In this document: positions 51,846 to 64,000 of the stretch, one piece after another
Layout: every line of letters begins with the position of its first letter
How positions within the stretch are numbered: position 1 is the stretch's first letter
NCBI RefSeq assembly: GCF_009914755.1
Contig: NC_060935.1
DNA: 64,000 nucleotides
Direction: 5' to 3' (one strand)
From: the human T2T-CHM13v2.0 reference genome, Homo sapiens
Made by a program: the position numbers and the translations under genes
The notes under the pieces: generated by a model
What the model saw: the letters and a program-made list of their open reading frames with translations, nothing else
Told to the model about the DNA's origin: nothing
Databases searched by the model: none

Positions 51846-54800
51846 CAAAACATATTGCACAACAAGATCACCTAATCTAGTCTACTGTACGTAGACCTGT
51901 ACCTTTTCCTTCAAATATCATCTCTCCACCTAAATTCATCCCTGTGAACTCTAAGGAGTATAAGTAAATCTAAAGTTAGCCACTTTTCTAAGAGTTTCCT
52001 TTGCAAATGCAACATGCAAAATACTATTTCCCTTATCATTCACTGCTTCGCCCACCGAGTATTTCATACCAACTACTATTTCTATTGTCAGAACATAAAG
52101 ATAAATGTTTTGTGCTTCCCATATCAAGCAAACAAAACCAAGATGAGGAGTGAGTTTTCAATCAACCCTCAAAGAAGACTCTCAGGATAGATTTGTATAC
52201 ATACATGCATTACCATCTTGTTAATATACTACAAAATGAAGGCACATCTGTGTGGCTTTTCATAAGATGGTAGAAATTTTTGAGAAACTGTTCCATACAG
52301 GTTCTAGGATCTAAAATGTTGTTATGAAGACTGACAGTTTTCCAGCTGAGTGGCCAAGTATATCACTCAAAGGCATGAGCTTCTGATGGAGAATCCACGT
52401 AGAGGGAAAGGACAACTATTCCCTTTAGCAGATTATTAAGTAATTTGGGGATATAAAAATTAAATTAAAATTTCTCTTTCATTTTAATATGAAATTTCTT
52501 GTAATTCTCACTAGTACAATGTATTAAGATGAGATGATATTGCTCGAGAACCAAGTATAATAGTTGGTATATAGTAGATACCCCAATAAAGCATAGCCAT
52601 GTCAGTAACAACCTTGATAGAAGACCAGCCCAAGGCAAAGACATGACACAGTCATATTAGAAACTTCCTTAGAGAAATGGGTCCCACCGTGATTACAGTG
52701 ACTCCTACATTTTTAATTGGTCATTCAACAAAATTGAATATGTCTTATATTCAGCACCAAGCTAGTGTGCCAACAAATATTTACTGAGTGTCTACTATAT
52801 GCCTGGCACCAAAGAAAGCTTTTTTTTAAGGATGAATCAGATAAAACGCTCCTGACTCAATCTTTGTTGAATGTTTTAAATTTATTTAGTTTAAATGTAA
52901 GAGAATGGCACATGCAAACACTGACATATTTGCTTTGTACTGTTCCAAATACAGTTTCTCTCCTAGTAGGGTTAAGTTTGAGACCTACGAAAATAATAAG
53001 GCATGTGCTAAATCATGACATTACACAAGCTTCACCCAGTGTTCCTCAGTTATCCTCACAATTGCCTTGATATTTCAATTTCTAGGTATCCTTCATTCAA
53101 TCACATGTTGAGAGCCTTGAATAAAAACCACAACAATGGTTATATCCATTCATTGTTCACCTACTATGTGCCAGGCCCTGCCAGCTTAAATTCTGGCCAA
53201 GAGCATTAATCATGTAGAGGAGAGGATAAAGAAGCCTCTCTTTGGAAATAAAATAATATACCTGCTACTTTGACATTTGTATAAGTCACAAATCCAAAAG
53301 CTGACACTGATACTGTATTTGTTATTGAAGACACTTAAGAGCAGTGAGGTACAGTAAGTATAACTATAATACAACTGAGCCATCTAAAAACAACTTGCAC
53401 TTTTGCTGACTTTGTTGGCTGCATCCTAACCAAAAACGTACAGTGAAATTAAATTATATTGCTGATAAGAGTTTTATGTTCCTCGGCATAGATGAAACGG
53501 TGCATTTGCCAAAACCTGCTAACACTGCTTACATGATTATTAATGATAACAGGGCCTGTACATGAACAGCATCAAATGGGTTACTTGAGACAGTGATGGA
53601 GAAAACTATATACACACATATTCCAGATGAAATCCTAGAATTAAATGCTGACACCAAAAAGGCATGCAGGTTAAGCGACTACGGCAGATGAAAATATATC
53701 AAAGCCAGATACATTTCCTGTTGAAATTTCCTTACATTCCATGACTAAATCCTAATGGCCACAAGCAGCATTGCAATCTCTGATTGTGCTGATGCACAGA
53801 AAGGAAACTGTACTTGTGTGGTCGTGCTGTCAGCAGAACCCCTAGACAGAACATAGTTGCAGTCTTAAGGCAAAATAAAAGTGTCTGGAAGGCAATTCAC
53901 ACGTTTTCACAGGAGTGCCAACTGTGACCTTGAGCCCCTTCTAAAGGTTCCTCTGCCTTAAAAATCTTACTAGGTTCCTAAAACCTACTCATAAAATACA
54001 GCAAGAATTTTATTTTATGTTTTTTAAGATTTTAACTGAACACTAGGATAAAACTGTCTTGATACAGTTGTAGTCCTCACGGCAATCACTATTTACTGAC
54101 TACATAGGTACTAGGCATTCAGAGTATTCAAACTATGTTTTAAACTATCATTTACATTTTGATTAAGAACCCCCAAAACATTCTATAATGTCTATATGTA
54201 ATTAATAATGCCCTACTTCTTGATCTCAAATTCTGCAAGAGCAGGGTGGGGAAAGAGGTTGCTAAAGAAATGGAAAATAAAAAAGTACCCTGAAGCAAAA
54301 CAACCACTCAGACAACATACAACATTGAATCACCGTCAATATCTAGTGCTTGTCTGTGAAATCTCATTAGCAAATCATCCTTTATAAACTAGAGCTACTG
54401 ACAGGATTCAGGACATTCAGAGCTGGGTACCTGGCAATTCTCTTACCAGAAAGAAGTCAGTAGGATTATAATGAAGTAGTATCAGAGTTGCAGTTAATCT
54501 ATAGCCCATAAAGGAAATCAGAATGTATAACTCAGATTCTACCTATGACTATCCAGCTCTCACTTGAAACATTTTAAGAGTCCCACAGTAGATCCAGCAC
54601 TGTGACTGCTGGATAAAATTGAGTGACTTGTATTTTGTTGAAGGTGACCCTGAATGGTGTATACAAGCCAGTATTTATGACTGCTTATGATTCTTCACCA
54701 TATTTTGCATGTGACTGAGAAGAAAGCAATTCTAAGAGCCAAATTTATTTCGAGGAAAATGCCTATTATGTCTTCAGATTGTGCATATGTCTGTCTAGGC

Positions 54801-54869
54801 ATATGCACACCCACAATACACCCGTGCATGCCAAAAACACTGCCCCAAATCACACACCCAAACCTTATT

Positions 54870-55183
54870 ATTATTATTTTTTTTTTTGAGACAGGGTCTT
54901 ACTCTGTACCCTAGGCTGGAGTGCAGTGGCACAATCATGCCTTATTGCAGCCTCGACCTCCTGGGCACAAGTAATCCTCCTAACTCACCTGCCCAAGTAG
55001 CTGGGACATGGGTGTGCACCACCACACCCGAGTTTTTGTTTTGTTTTGTTTTGTTTTGTTTTGGTAGAGTTGAAGTCTCTCTCTGTTGCCCATGCTGATC
55101 TCAAACTTCTGGGCTCAAGTGATGCCCCCACCTCGGCCTCTCAAAGTGCTGGGATTACAGGCGAGAGCCACAGCACCCAGGCC
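54870..55183 (-). mobile_element. AluJ
   Basis: J-type features (gcagcctcgacctcctggg); TSD aaaccttatt. Confidence 0.93.
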
Positions 55184-56922
55184 CTAAACCTTATTTTTCC
55201 ATATTCTGAATAATCTTAAACTCTGTTGACTGAGTTTGGGTAAAGGTAGTTTGTTTCATTTAAATACTGGAGAAATATTATTCAGAAACAAGTCCTAACA
55301 GTGGCTTGTAATAAACTTTTCACTGAGGTTAATGATGCCTACATCTACAGAATATTGATGAGGCAGAATTGCCTAAGAAGCACTTAGTATAAAATAAAAT
55401 AAAACCAAGTACCAAAACATAGTCAATTTCCTTTGCCCTATCTTATACCACTGAGAGTTAACCAGATTGGCCATTTGGAATGTTGATTCTCAAAAAAATG
55501 TACCTTGATATCAGAAAACTGACAGTTTGTATTTTACTTTTTAAACCCAACAAGGCATCCTGTTTTCTGTCTTATCTTCAAGAGAAAAGGCAGCTAAGTA
55601 CAATTTCTACAGGCCTCAAGAGCACTGCGACCTAGTCAACAAAAATAGTTTTAATTAACAGATAAGTTTGCAGTTTAGTTGGTAAGAAATTTACTTAAAA
55701 CTGTTTTAGGGAAAAGCCTGGAGAATAATAGTATAAACAGATTATTAGAGAGGTTTTTTTTAGTATCTCTATTATACAGTCTTCCATATCGAGGCAGATC
55801 TTGGCAGAGACAGATGGCCTAAGCCTCTATTTAACAATGGATGATTAAAAGCAAAGGAAAAAAAAGGCAAGATACTATTTAATCCTTCTTCACAAACAAA
55901 CATCAATAAAGCAATGAGGTTATTGAGTATTTTTATACTTATAACCCCAAAGGAAGTACTCCTCACTAATTAAATGTATACTGGTACCATCATTACTTTT
56001 ACAAATCCAATGTAGATATTAATTCTATTATAAGTCTACCTAGAAAATGTGTTCAGTTGATTCTTCATTCAATAGTCAAGCTCCTACTAGGTGCTAGGTG
56101 ACAGAAATATAGAGCAAAGCTGTTGTTATCTGCTAAGGAGACTGAACTTCATGTTTATCTCATTCACCAATTTCAAGTCCCTACCAACAAAAAAAATCAC
56201 AGATTCACCCAATCCAGATCAATCTTCCATTAAGAATCAATCTTATAAGCCAAGCGGCTGAGGCTCTTTAGCCTCTTGTCACTATACTCAAAGTTCCTTT
56301 GGCCCCACTGAGTGAACCTGGCACCTGTTCCATGATCAGCAGGACGTGGCATAGCTAGTGCCAAAATACCGCAAGCATTCAAGCACCAGTGACCTTAAAT
56401 CGAGGTCATTATTACCATCTCCTACCGTTTTTCTGACAGTTGGCTGCTGTTCTCTGAATGTCAGAATCCTCTAAATTCTACTGCATCATTCAACTTGTGG
56501 ACCAAGGTTGATTAGGGGTGCTCCAGGTAACGTCTTTTCAATATTAAAGAAAATAGTTCCCTCTCTTCTTGTAAGAAATGGGTTAAGGATTCAGAAACTC
56601 TGGACAGTGATCGATTTGTTTGTTTGCCCACTCCATTTTAGGCTAATTTTCCATTTTAAGCAGCAATCTGGATGACTAAGTTAAGAATAATAGAAAGAAT
56701 AAGATGAATGCATACAAAAGCACAATTGAGAAGGCTTAAGATAAACAGAAATTTGTTTCCTTTGATTCAAGGTCCACTGATCATTGCATCAGTTCAACTA
56801 GGAAGTCTGAAGAATGCCTTCATTCACTAATGGGAAAAGGTAAGATTCTTGGACTATTTTAGTGCTTTATTGGGGCCTGAATCAAATGACCTTGGGATTG
56901 TGTGTTCTTATAATTTTAAATA

Positions 56923-57285
56923 CAGTCATGCACCACATAACAACTTTCGGTCAACAATGTACAGCTTATACAACAGTGATCCCGTAAGATTATAATACCA
57001 TATTTTTGCTGGACATTTTCTGTTTAGATATGTTTAGATCACAAATACCACTGTGTTACAATTGCTTACTATATTCATTACAGTAACATGCTGTACAGGT
57101 CTGTAGCCTAGGAGCAATAAGCTGTAGCATATAGCCTAGGCGTGTCATAGGCTACACCATTTAGGTTTGATTAAATCCACTCTATGATCCACAAAAAAAA
57201 AAAATCTACATTTTTGCATTATGATGACATTGCCTAACAACGCATTTCTCAGAACATACCTCCATCGTGAAGCAACACATGACTG
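56923..57285 (+). mobile_element. Tigger3a (MER7A-type), full length
   Basis: TIRs cagtcatgcaccac / gcaacacatgactg; TA TSDs; tgtagcctaggagcaata. Confidence 0.93.
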
Positions 57286-60211
57286 TATATCTGTGATCTT
57301 TCTCAGTGAAATTTCAGATATGTTCATTCTTATTCTGTCTGGCAATGAGTGTGTCTCAGTTTCAAAACCTACAGTTCTTAAATTATATGCTTCTATAAAC
57401 CTCTTTTCTAAGGCCAAGTTATTTCAAATGTGTTCCTAACATTTACATTTATGCCCATCCTTAAGTCTCCTTTATACTTGAAACCCTCCCAATTAACATT
57501 CTCTCCTATCCATTTTCCACTCTTTTAATTTTCCTTTTTAAGTAATCACTTGCTTAAATCAACTCCTTCCATGTATTCCCAATGGAAACACCTGGACTTG
57601 GTCTTGTAGAAGCACACATCTATCATGGCCATAAATGTCACCATTTAAAAAGTCTTCATGCATTTTCTATAGTGGGGGAAAATATAAAGCACTAGGAAGA
57701 AAAAAAAAAAGCCTTTTTGTTTAACTTGTTTAGCAGGGACCACATCCACTCTGGTCATATTATACTTGTGACATAGCATATTGGTATCTATGATACTTCT
57801 TGAATCCTGTCACTGTCAGTCAGTAGTAACACTTAAGTCGTTGACAGTTTCACCTCTGCAATTTTATTTCACATTTGGCACATTATCACTCTCTACTGTT
57901 GAAAAATTTTAAACAGCTTCACAAAGCAATCAATTAATATACCACATACATAATATATGTACAAAGTAGTAAAACGAACAATTCAGAACTTATTAATGTT
58001 GGCGTGTACCTCATTTAATAACAGTTTTGTTAGTATTTACTTAGCTATATCTGGCTTTTCATTTGATAAAGAGAAAACAATATTAAATATTATATTCTTT
58101 ATCCATTTTCACCTGTAGCTATTTGTAGATGTTTATGGAAAAACGTGACAGGCTTAATGAAGCGATGATGATGTCCATTCCCTCTGTAGAACATGCCCTG
58201 ATGTGAAGGGCATTCTGCAGAGTCATCCTGGTGGACTTCTCTAATGTACCCAGGCATGGCTAGCCCCACCAGCTGAGTCACACATTCACAAGTGTACTGG
58301 GTTTGGTCCCAAGCCTCTTTACTCCAACTGTATGAATTAAATAGTATGTGAACAGATTATTCCATATAAATCCATGAAATACGAGGTAAACAGAAAGTGA
58401 TTCATTGTTTCTATCAAAATTAAGCAGAATGTTTGAATGGCCTTCATCAAAATGAGTCATTAAAAAATACTAAAGCTGATGTAGGTTAGATAACTAAGAA
58501 GTTTTGGGGAAATTTAGTAAAAATCTAGGAGGATTCTGCATTTAGATTGGTTCCCAATATCTTTAAATTACCATGCCAATTTAGAGAGACAGAGATTGAA
58601 AATCATAAAGATTAGCATTGTGGGTATTGTTTATACAAGAAAGATGTCAGGGAATTTCAACTAGGCCTTGACCTAATATCAAATATTGGCAAATAAAAAA
58701 ACAAAAATATATATATACAGATTTAATATTAACATGAAAAGTAGAAGGTATGTATTTATAATTTGTTATGACTTTTTTTGATTAACCAACTACTAGCATC
58801 AATCAAACCAGACAGGAAGACTTCTACAGTAACTTTTTAATTACCTCATATATTAGCTAAGATGTTCTGAGCGCGGCAAAAAATAAAAAAAAAATTCTTT
58901 GTTTAAACCCCAAATATATAAACATTTTCAAAAAATCAAACAAAAAAGCTGAAAGGCCCACATTGCTAATCTTGCTTAAACTAAGAATCAATTTTTAGGA
59001 TAAGACCATTTAGAAATTCAGGATCATTAACATGGGAAGATTTTACCCAAGTGTCCCACACGGTCACAATTAACACTGGGGCAGCTGTCTACTGATTGAT
59101 TGGGCATTTGTGGGAACACAGAATAGGTTTTATGTATGAGGGCCATTGCCATAAACTGCCAAGATTAATCTGCCCACTGTGTGGTAATATTTTCATTCAG
59201 ATTAATGACTCCTTTTTGCCAGGACACATTTATTTCTGTCACTCGGGTCACATGTTATCATCCAGCCTTGCACAGATAGCACTGGCATTTTCTATACTCT
59301 GCTCTGACCATATAATGCACGCACATTTGGAATCATCAGAAGCAAACATCACATTTCTCCGCAGCACAAAAACAGGTGAACAAAAAGACTTGCTAAGCAA
59401 ATTGCCTGTCTCAGTGCCTCCTTGATAGGAAAAGTCAGGAACCTACTTAAATATTTATTTTTAATTCCTCTGGCTAAGATTCTGACATGCAAAAATACAA
59501 AATGCATAGCTTTTTAGTGTCAAGTGATGTCCAAAGCAACAGGCAGTGCATTTTACACACAGGTCATCTGTACAGGATTTTGTAAGGTTGTAAAGAGGCT
59601 TAGTCTACTAGTACCTGGGAGTTCATATCCCCTCGGAGATCCTGAAATGTCTCTTTGTATATGCAGAGAGTTGCTAATTTTTTCCTTTCTTCCACTCATC
59701 ACACAACATGCAAAGAAATACGTCATTTTGTTTCCAAATCTGTGTGATGTAAAAAATGGCACTAGAGAAAGGAAGAGAAATAGCATCCCAAGGATACACT
59801 TGTGTTCAAATTTCTTAGAACATGCATTTCCTCCAAATAAGGCAATTTACAAAAACAAAACCAAAAACTTTCTTAAGATGTCAAATGAGGAGTAACACAG
59901 AGGAAACTGGAAATATATGACTTGAGTTACTCAAAGTCAGAGTAAGTCAACACCAAAAAAAAAGAAACAAAAAAGGCCTAAATTACCTTTACCCCTAAAG
60001 TCATCTTTCTACATTATTTCACTAGGAATTAATGTGAAATAGTCTGAAAAGTGCTGAGCATATTTAAACAATTTTATGTGTGGTCAATGCTTCCTTTGAG
60101 TGTCCTAACATCTTGTCAGTTGGAATTTAAAATATTTCAGACTTTGGGATAGGCCATGCAATGTTACCCAGATATGCTGAACAAAACAAAAGTCTTAATA
60201 ACTTATGTAAA

Positions 60212-60377
60212 GCCAGGCACAATGGCCATGTGCCAGTGGTTCCGCTACTCCAGAGGCTGAGGCAGGAGGATAGCATGAGCCCCGGAGTTCGAGGCTGCAG
60301 TGAGCTATGATTGCGCCTGTGAATAGCCACCGCACTTCAGTCTGGGCCTCATAGCAAGGCCCCATCTCTAAAAATAA
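60212..60377 (+). mobile_element. FAM (fossil Alu monomer, 7SL-derived)
   Basis: Monomer retaining gcgcctgtgaatagccac. Confidence 0.88.
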
Positions 60378-61254
60378 TCATCATATATGTAAGAATTTCC
60401 AAGACTTCTCTTTTGTATGATATCCTGAACGTTGTTAGAGATTAAAAAACAAACAAGGTGTGCTGGCTAGACAACCTATTTTCTCTGAGAAAGGTATCCA
60501 ATGCCCACATGGAATTAGTTTTTGTACAAAGAAGTTTCTTTCCATTTGCTTAACCTACAAAGGATGAACCTATACATCAAATCAAGTGTTCTCTTTAACA
60601 TGTGCTTTTTAAGTGTTCATTTACATTTTCTTTTTATTCTAATTATTAAAATAATGCATATTATAGAAAATGAAACAGAAAATAATAAAGGAGTAACGAG
60701 AACACGAATCCCACTGCCCAGTCAACCACTGTTAGCATTTTGTTGCATTTCTTCCACGTTTTTCTTTTCTGTATACTTTTAGCATACTTATATGCATATA
60801 AATTTTATATATTTTAACATGATTTTAAGAAATTATTCAGTAGTCTTCTGATTTCACTTTCTGTAGTTTAATAAATTTTAATCAATTCTCTGGAAATGCT
60901 TAGAATTTCTTAGAAAAAAAAACAGTAAGGTTATCTCCAGAAGTAGATACTTTATATATCCAAATTCAAATTTAAGTGAATCCTGAATATAAGATGATCT
61001 CTCATTTTCCATATGAGATGATTTCCTCAAAAAATAAGTTTTTTTAACAACTTGTTTACATTAACTTTTAAGACTGAGATTGAAATGGTTAAATGTCTAG
61101 GTATAGTATTTCCTTCATTTAGTTGTAGGCACATTCAAAATCACATGGCATATTATAGAACATATTTAATTTAGAAAAGCTCCTTGTTTTCTTTCCTCTC
61201 ACATTTCATTAAAAACTCCCCAGGCACAAAAATGTCTTTATTATCACTAGAGTC

Positions 61255-61282
<28 letters not shown>
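61255..61282. repeat. T28 homopolymer
   Basis: Seen directly. Confidence 0.97.
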
Positions 61283-61287
<5 letters not shown>

Positions 61288-61907
61288 CCTGAGCAAATCG
61301 TCTTCCCTTCCAGATTGTTTGAGGTATAGCACTTTTTAAAATTCATGTATGGCACAGTTACCACAAGTACCAATTTGCTAAATAGCAGGACAGTTTGTCA
61401 TAGATCCTGCAGGGGTTGTGATCTCCATAGCAATGACACTTGTGGTGCTGCTTTATCTGTTCTTAAAAAGGGTTGTTTACAATAATGCCCAACACTTGTC
61501 GTTGTGAGGTCATGACCAAATTACTAAATTTGTGTTAAATCTTTCTTCTTTATAAATCTGATTTTACCAGTAACTTCTTCAAGCATCATAAGCAAACATT
61601 CATGAAAGCCATTTTGATGTTCAAAATAAAGTACTGTAATTGAAAGATTAGTCAGTAACATGAGAGCCTTTGTAAGAACCTGAATATATGTAATGACTTC
61701 TTTTTTGAATGATAATGTTCTGTGAAGAAAATCCTAATATTAGGGGCACATACAGTAACAAGAACACCTGAATAGCCCATAATAATTTTCCTTGTAGCAT
61801 ATTTTTGTTTTCCTATCCATCCTTGGGTTAACATGACTCTGAGACTAAAAACACTACTACAACAACCATATTTTGTGGGTAAATAAATCTGAATAATAAC
61901 TCCTAGT

Positions 61908-62105
61908 ACAGTACTGTCCAACAGAAGTTTCTGCAGTGTCAGGAATGTCCTATATCTATGCTGTCCAACATGATAGCCACTAGCCACAAATAGCTATTGA
62001 GCACTTGTAATGTGTCTTGTACTACTAAGGAACTGAATTTTTAATTAACTTTAAATTGAAATAGTCAAGGTGGCTAATGGCTACCCAATTTAGTAGTGCA
62101 GTTCT
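61908..62105 (+). mobile_element. MER3
   Basis: gtactgtccaacagaagtttctgcagtg...tagccactagccac...gaactgaatttt. Confidence 0.9.
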
Positions 62106-62166
62106 AGAGGGGAAGAGGTCCTCTTAGTCCTTATAGCTCCCCAGTGCCTAGCAGAGTGAAAAAAAA

Positions 62167-62169
<3 letters not shown>

Positions 62170-62206
<37 letters not shown>
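62170..62206. repeat. A37 homopolymer
   Basis: Seen directly. Confidence 0.97.
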
Positions 62207-62208
<2 letters not shown>

Positions 62209-63480
62209 AGGTAAGCAATAACACTTTGTTAGATGAATCCTAAAAACGGAAGCCTCTTTCCCTTTATAAAGGCATCAGGGAATCATTGTAAGTAGCAGAT
62301 TGTCCTAGGTACAGGAAAACTAAAATGCCCCTAATAGCCCAATCTCACTGCAAACATGCCACTAAAAGAAAGCTAATTTCCACAGCACCTTCTTTGCCTA
62401 TATCTCCAAGGGCACCTTCATATATTTCTTATGGCACCTTCTTTGAAACCTTTGGGCAAATGTGAGAAACATTAAGAAAGCTATAATTTTTAAACTCTCC
62501 TAGGATTCTATGGGAGTGGTTAATCGGTTGTTCAGAGCAAGTAATATGAACTGGGCATGTAAGATTTTATAATCCTATTTGCCTTAAGAAGCCTGGCAGA
62601 GAGTATTGTTTAACTTAACAAAACATAGTCACAGTTTTATTTTTCAATTAAATTTTAAAGCCGGGAAGAAAAATATCTCTCAGATGTTTAGAGAAAGAAT
62701 AGCTAACAAGTTACAAAGTAAATTAAAATATAAAAGTATAATCCCACATAAAATTCTGAACAAATTTAAGGGCATATTGGCATCCTGGAATCTCTGTAAC
62801 AAAATAAGTAGATTTGCAATCACCTAATATTAACAACAGAAATAAAATTCAACCACCTCACTCACATGAAATTTCTCAATTCTTTAATATCTTTACAGGT
62901 TTCACGGGTCCACAGCTTTGGTTAGGCAGAAAAAACAGCACTGTGTCTGATCAGGCTTCTGACTCTAATATTAACAGAAGGGAGAGGCAACAGCAAAAAT
63001 TGAGCTACAATACACAATTCTGAAATGCTGCCACGGAAAAAAGACTTAGCACTTTTTCCTACCATTTCCATTTTCTTTGCAACAAATCTGTCCTTTAAGA
63101 CTAAGATGTTAAGATATGACTTATCCTTGCTGAAGCCATCTCCTTATAAATGCAGATCTCCCAACAGGCTTCATAGCCCTGATCTCTCCTTCAAGTTGCT
63201 CCTGATTCAAGCTGATAATTTTGCTCTCTTTAATCCAGTGAAACTAAATAAGTTCTTGACACTTCAAAAAGAATTACGGGAACAAAAATTCTCTCTCCAG
63301 ACAAGTACAGGTAAGGTTCTAATCTATTGATGGGTAAAGTGTTCCTTATATTACCACAGAGATGCCTAGAGGGGTAAGAAAGAGATCAGAGCAGATGTAT
63401 GGCTCTGGTCCTTAACCACAAACTACACAAGTTATAAGGAGAAAGCTTCAGGTTCACAGAACACTATAACTTGTGGCTGC

Positions 63481-63880
63481 TGATATACACCAAATGTTTG
63501 TATCCGCCCAAAATTCATGTTGAAGTCCTAAGCCCTGACGAGGGGGTATTTGGAGTCAGTCCCTTTGCAGGAAATTGGGGTTAGACAAGGTTATAAGGGT
63601 GAGGCCCTCATGATGGCATTAGTGCCCTTAAAAAAAGAGCCATCAGAGAGCTTGCTGTGTCTTCCCCCATCACATGTTCATGTCCAAAGAAGAGGTCATG
63701 CAAACACACAGAGAGATGCTGGCTGTCTATAAGCCAAGAGAAGAGTCTCAGAATCAAACCAATCTTTCCAATGCCTTGATCTTGGAAGTTCCAGCCTCCA
63801 GACTTTGAGAAATACATTTCCGTTGTTTAAGCCACCCACACTATGGTATCTTAATATGGCAGCCCAAGCAGACTAATACA
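63481..63880 (+). mobile_element. MLT1A1-type MaLR solo LTR
   Basis: TG...CA termini; aagaagaggtcatg...aagccaagagaagag; near-TSD gctgc/gctac. Confidence 0.88.
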
Positions 63881-64000
63881 GCTACACTATCTGTACAGAG
63901 GAATACAACCTGGATTTTATAGTTATCCACCCTGATCCCTATATATTGACCTCTGAAGGAAGTCAGAGGCACCCACAGTGAATACCTAATGTTACTGCAA

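Noticed and set aside
58165-58277. Box C (ATGATGA) and CTGA motifs suggesting a C/D snoRNA
   Set aside because: No adjacent terminal stem, no recognisable guide, and on the strand opposite the inferred host.
61255-61520. T28 followed by unique sequence, as a possible processed pseudogene tail
   Set aside because: No TSD, properly spaced poly(A) signal or ORF; the A28 on the minus strand would mainly cause oligo-dT internal priming.

Overview
Human genomic DNA, identified by an L1HS element with the human-specific pre-Ta signature plus Alu, THE1B and MER50 copies. It is AT-rich and CpG-depleted, with no convincing multi-exon coding sequence, RNA gene, CRISPR array or CpG island. It reads as the interior of a very long intron of a gene transcribed on the minus strand: the + strand looks A/C-rich by eye and the best splice signals are on the minus strand. 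Nearly all supplied ORFs are chance ORFs or come from repeats. Contents: at least 7 Alu-family copies, L1 fragments, many MIR and L2 fragments, solo LTRs (MER50, THE1B, two MLT1J-type, MLT1A1), DNA transposon relics (MER8, MER44A, Charlie1a, Tigger3a, two MER3, MER103C) and simple repeats. Best observations: (1) a ~390-bp, ~90%-identical inverted duplication (46024-46413 vs 48049-48438) of unique DNA plus an L1 5' junction, pasted into a MIR; (2) a minus-strand exon candidate at 44463-44492, ~1.5 kb downstream of it, either a 30-nt microexon or an alternative last exon; (3) a twin-primed, inverted L1HS pre-Ta insertion with a perfect 13-bp TSD; (4) several template-switch-type palindromes. I found no evidence of a new multi-gene system. 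The host gene is not identified; TSC22D1 intron 1 is only an unverified guess. Repeat names come from recalled consensus sequences and should be confirmed with RepeatMasker/Dfam.
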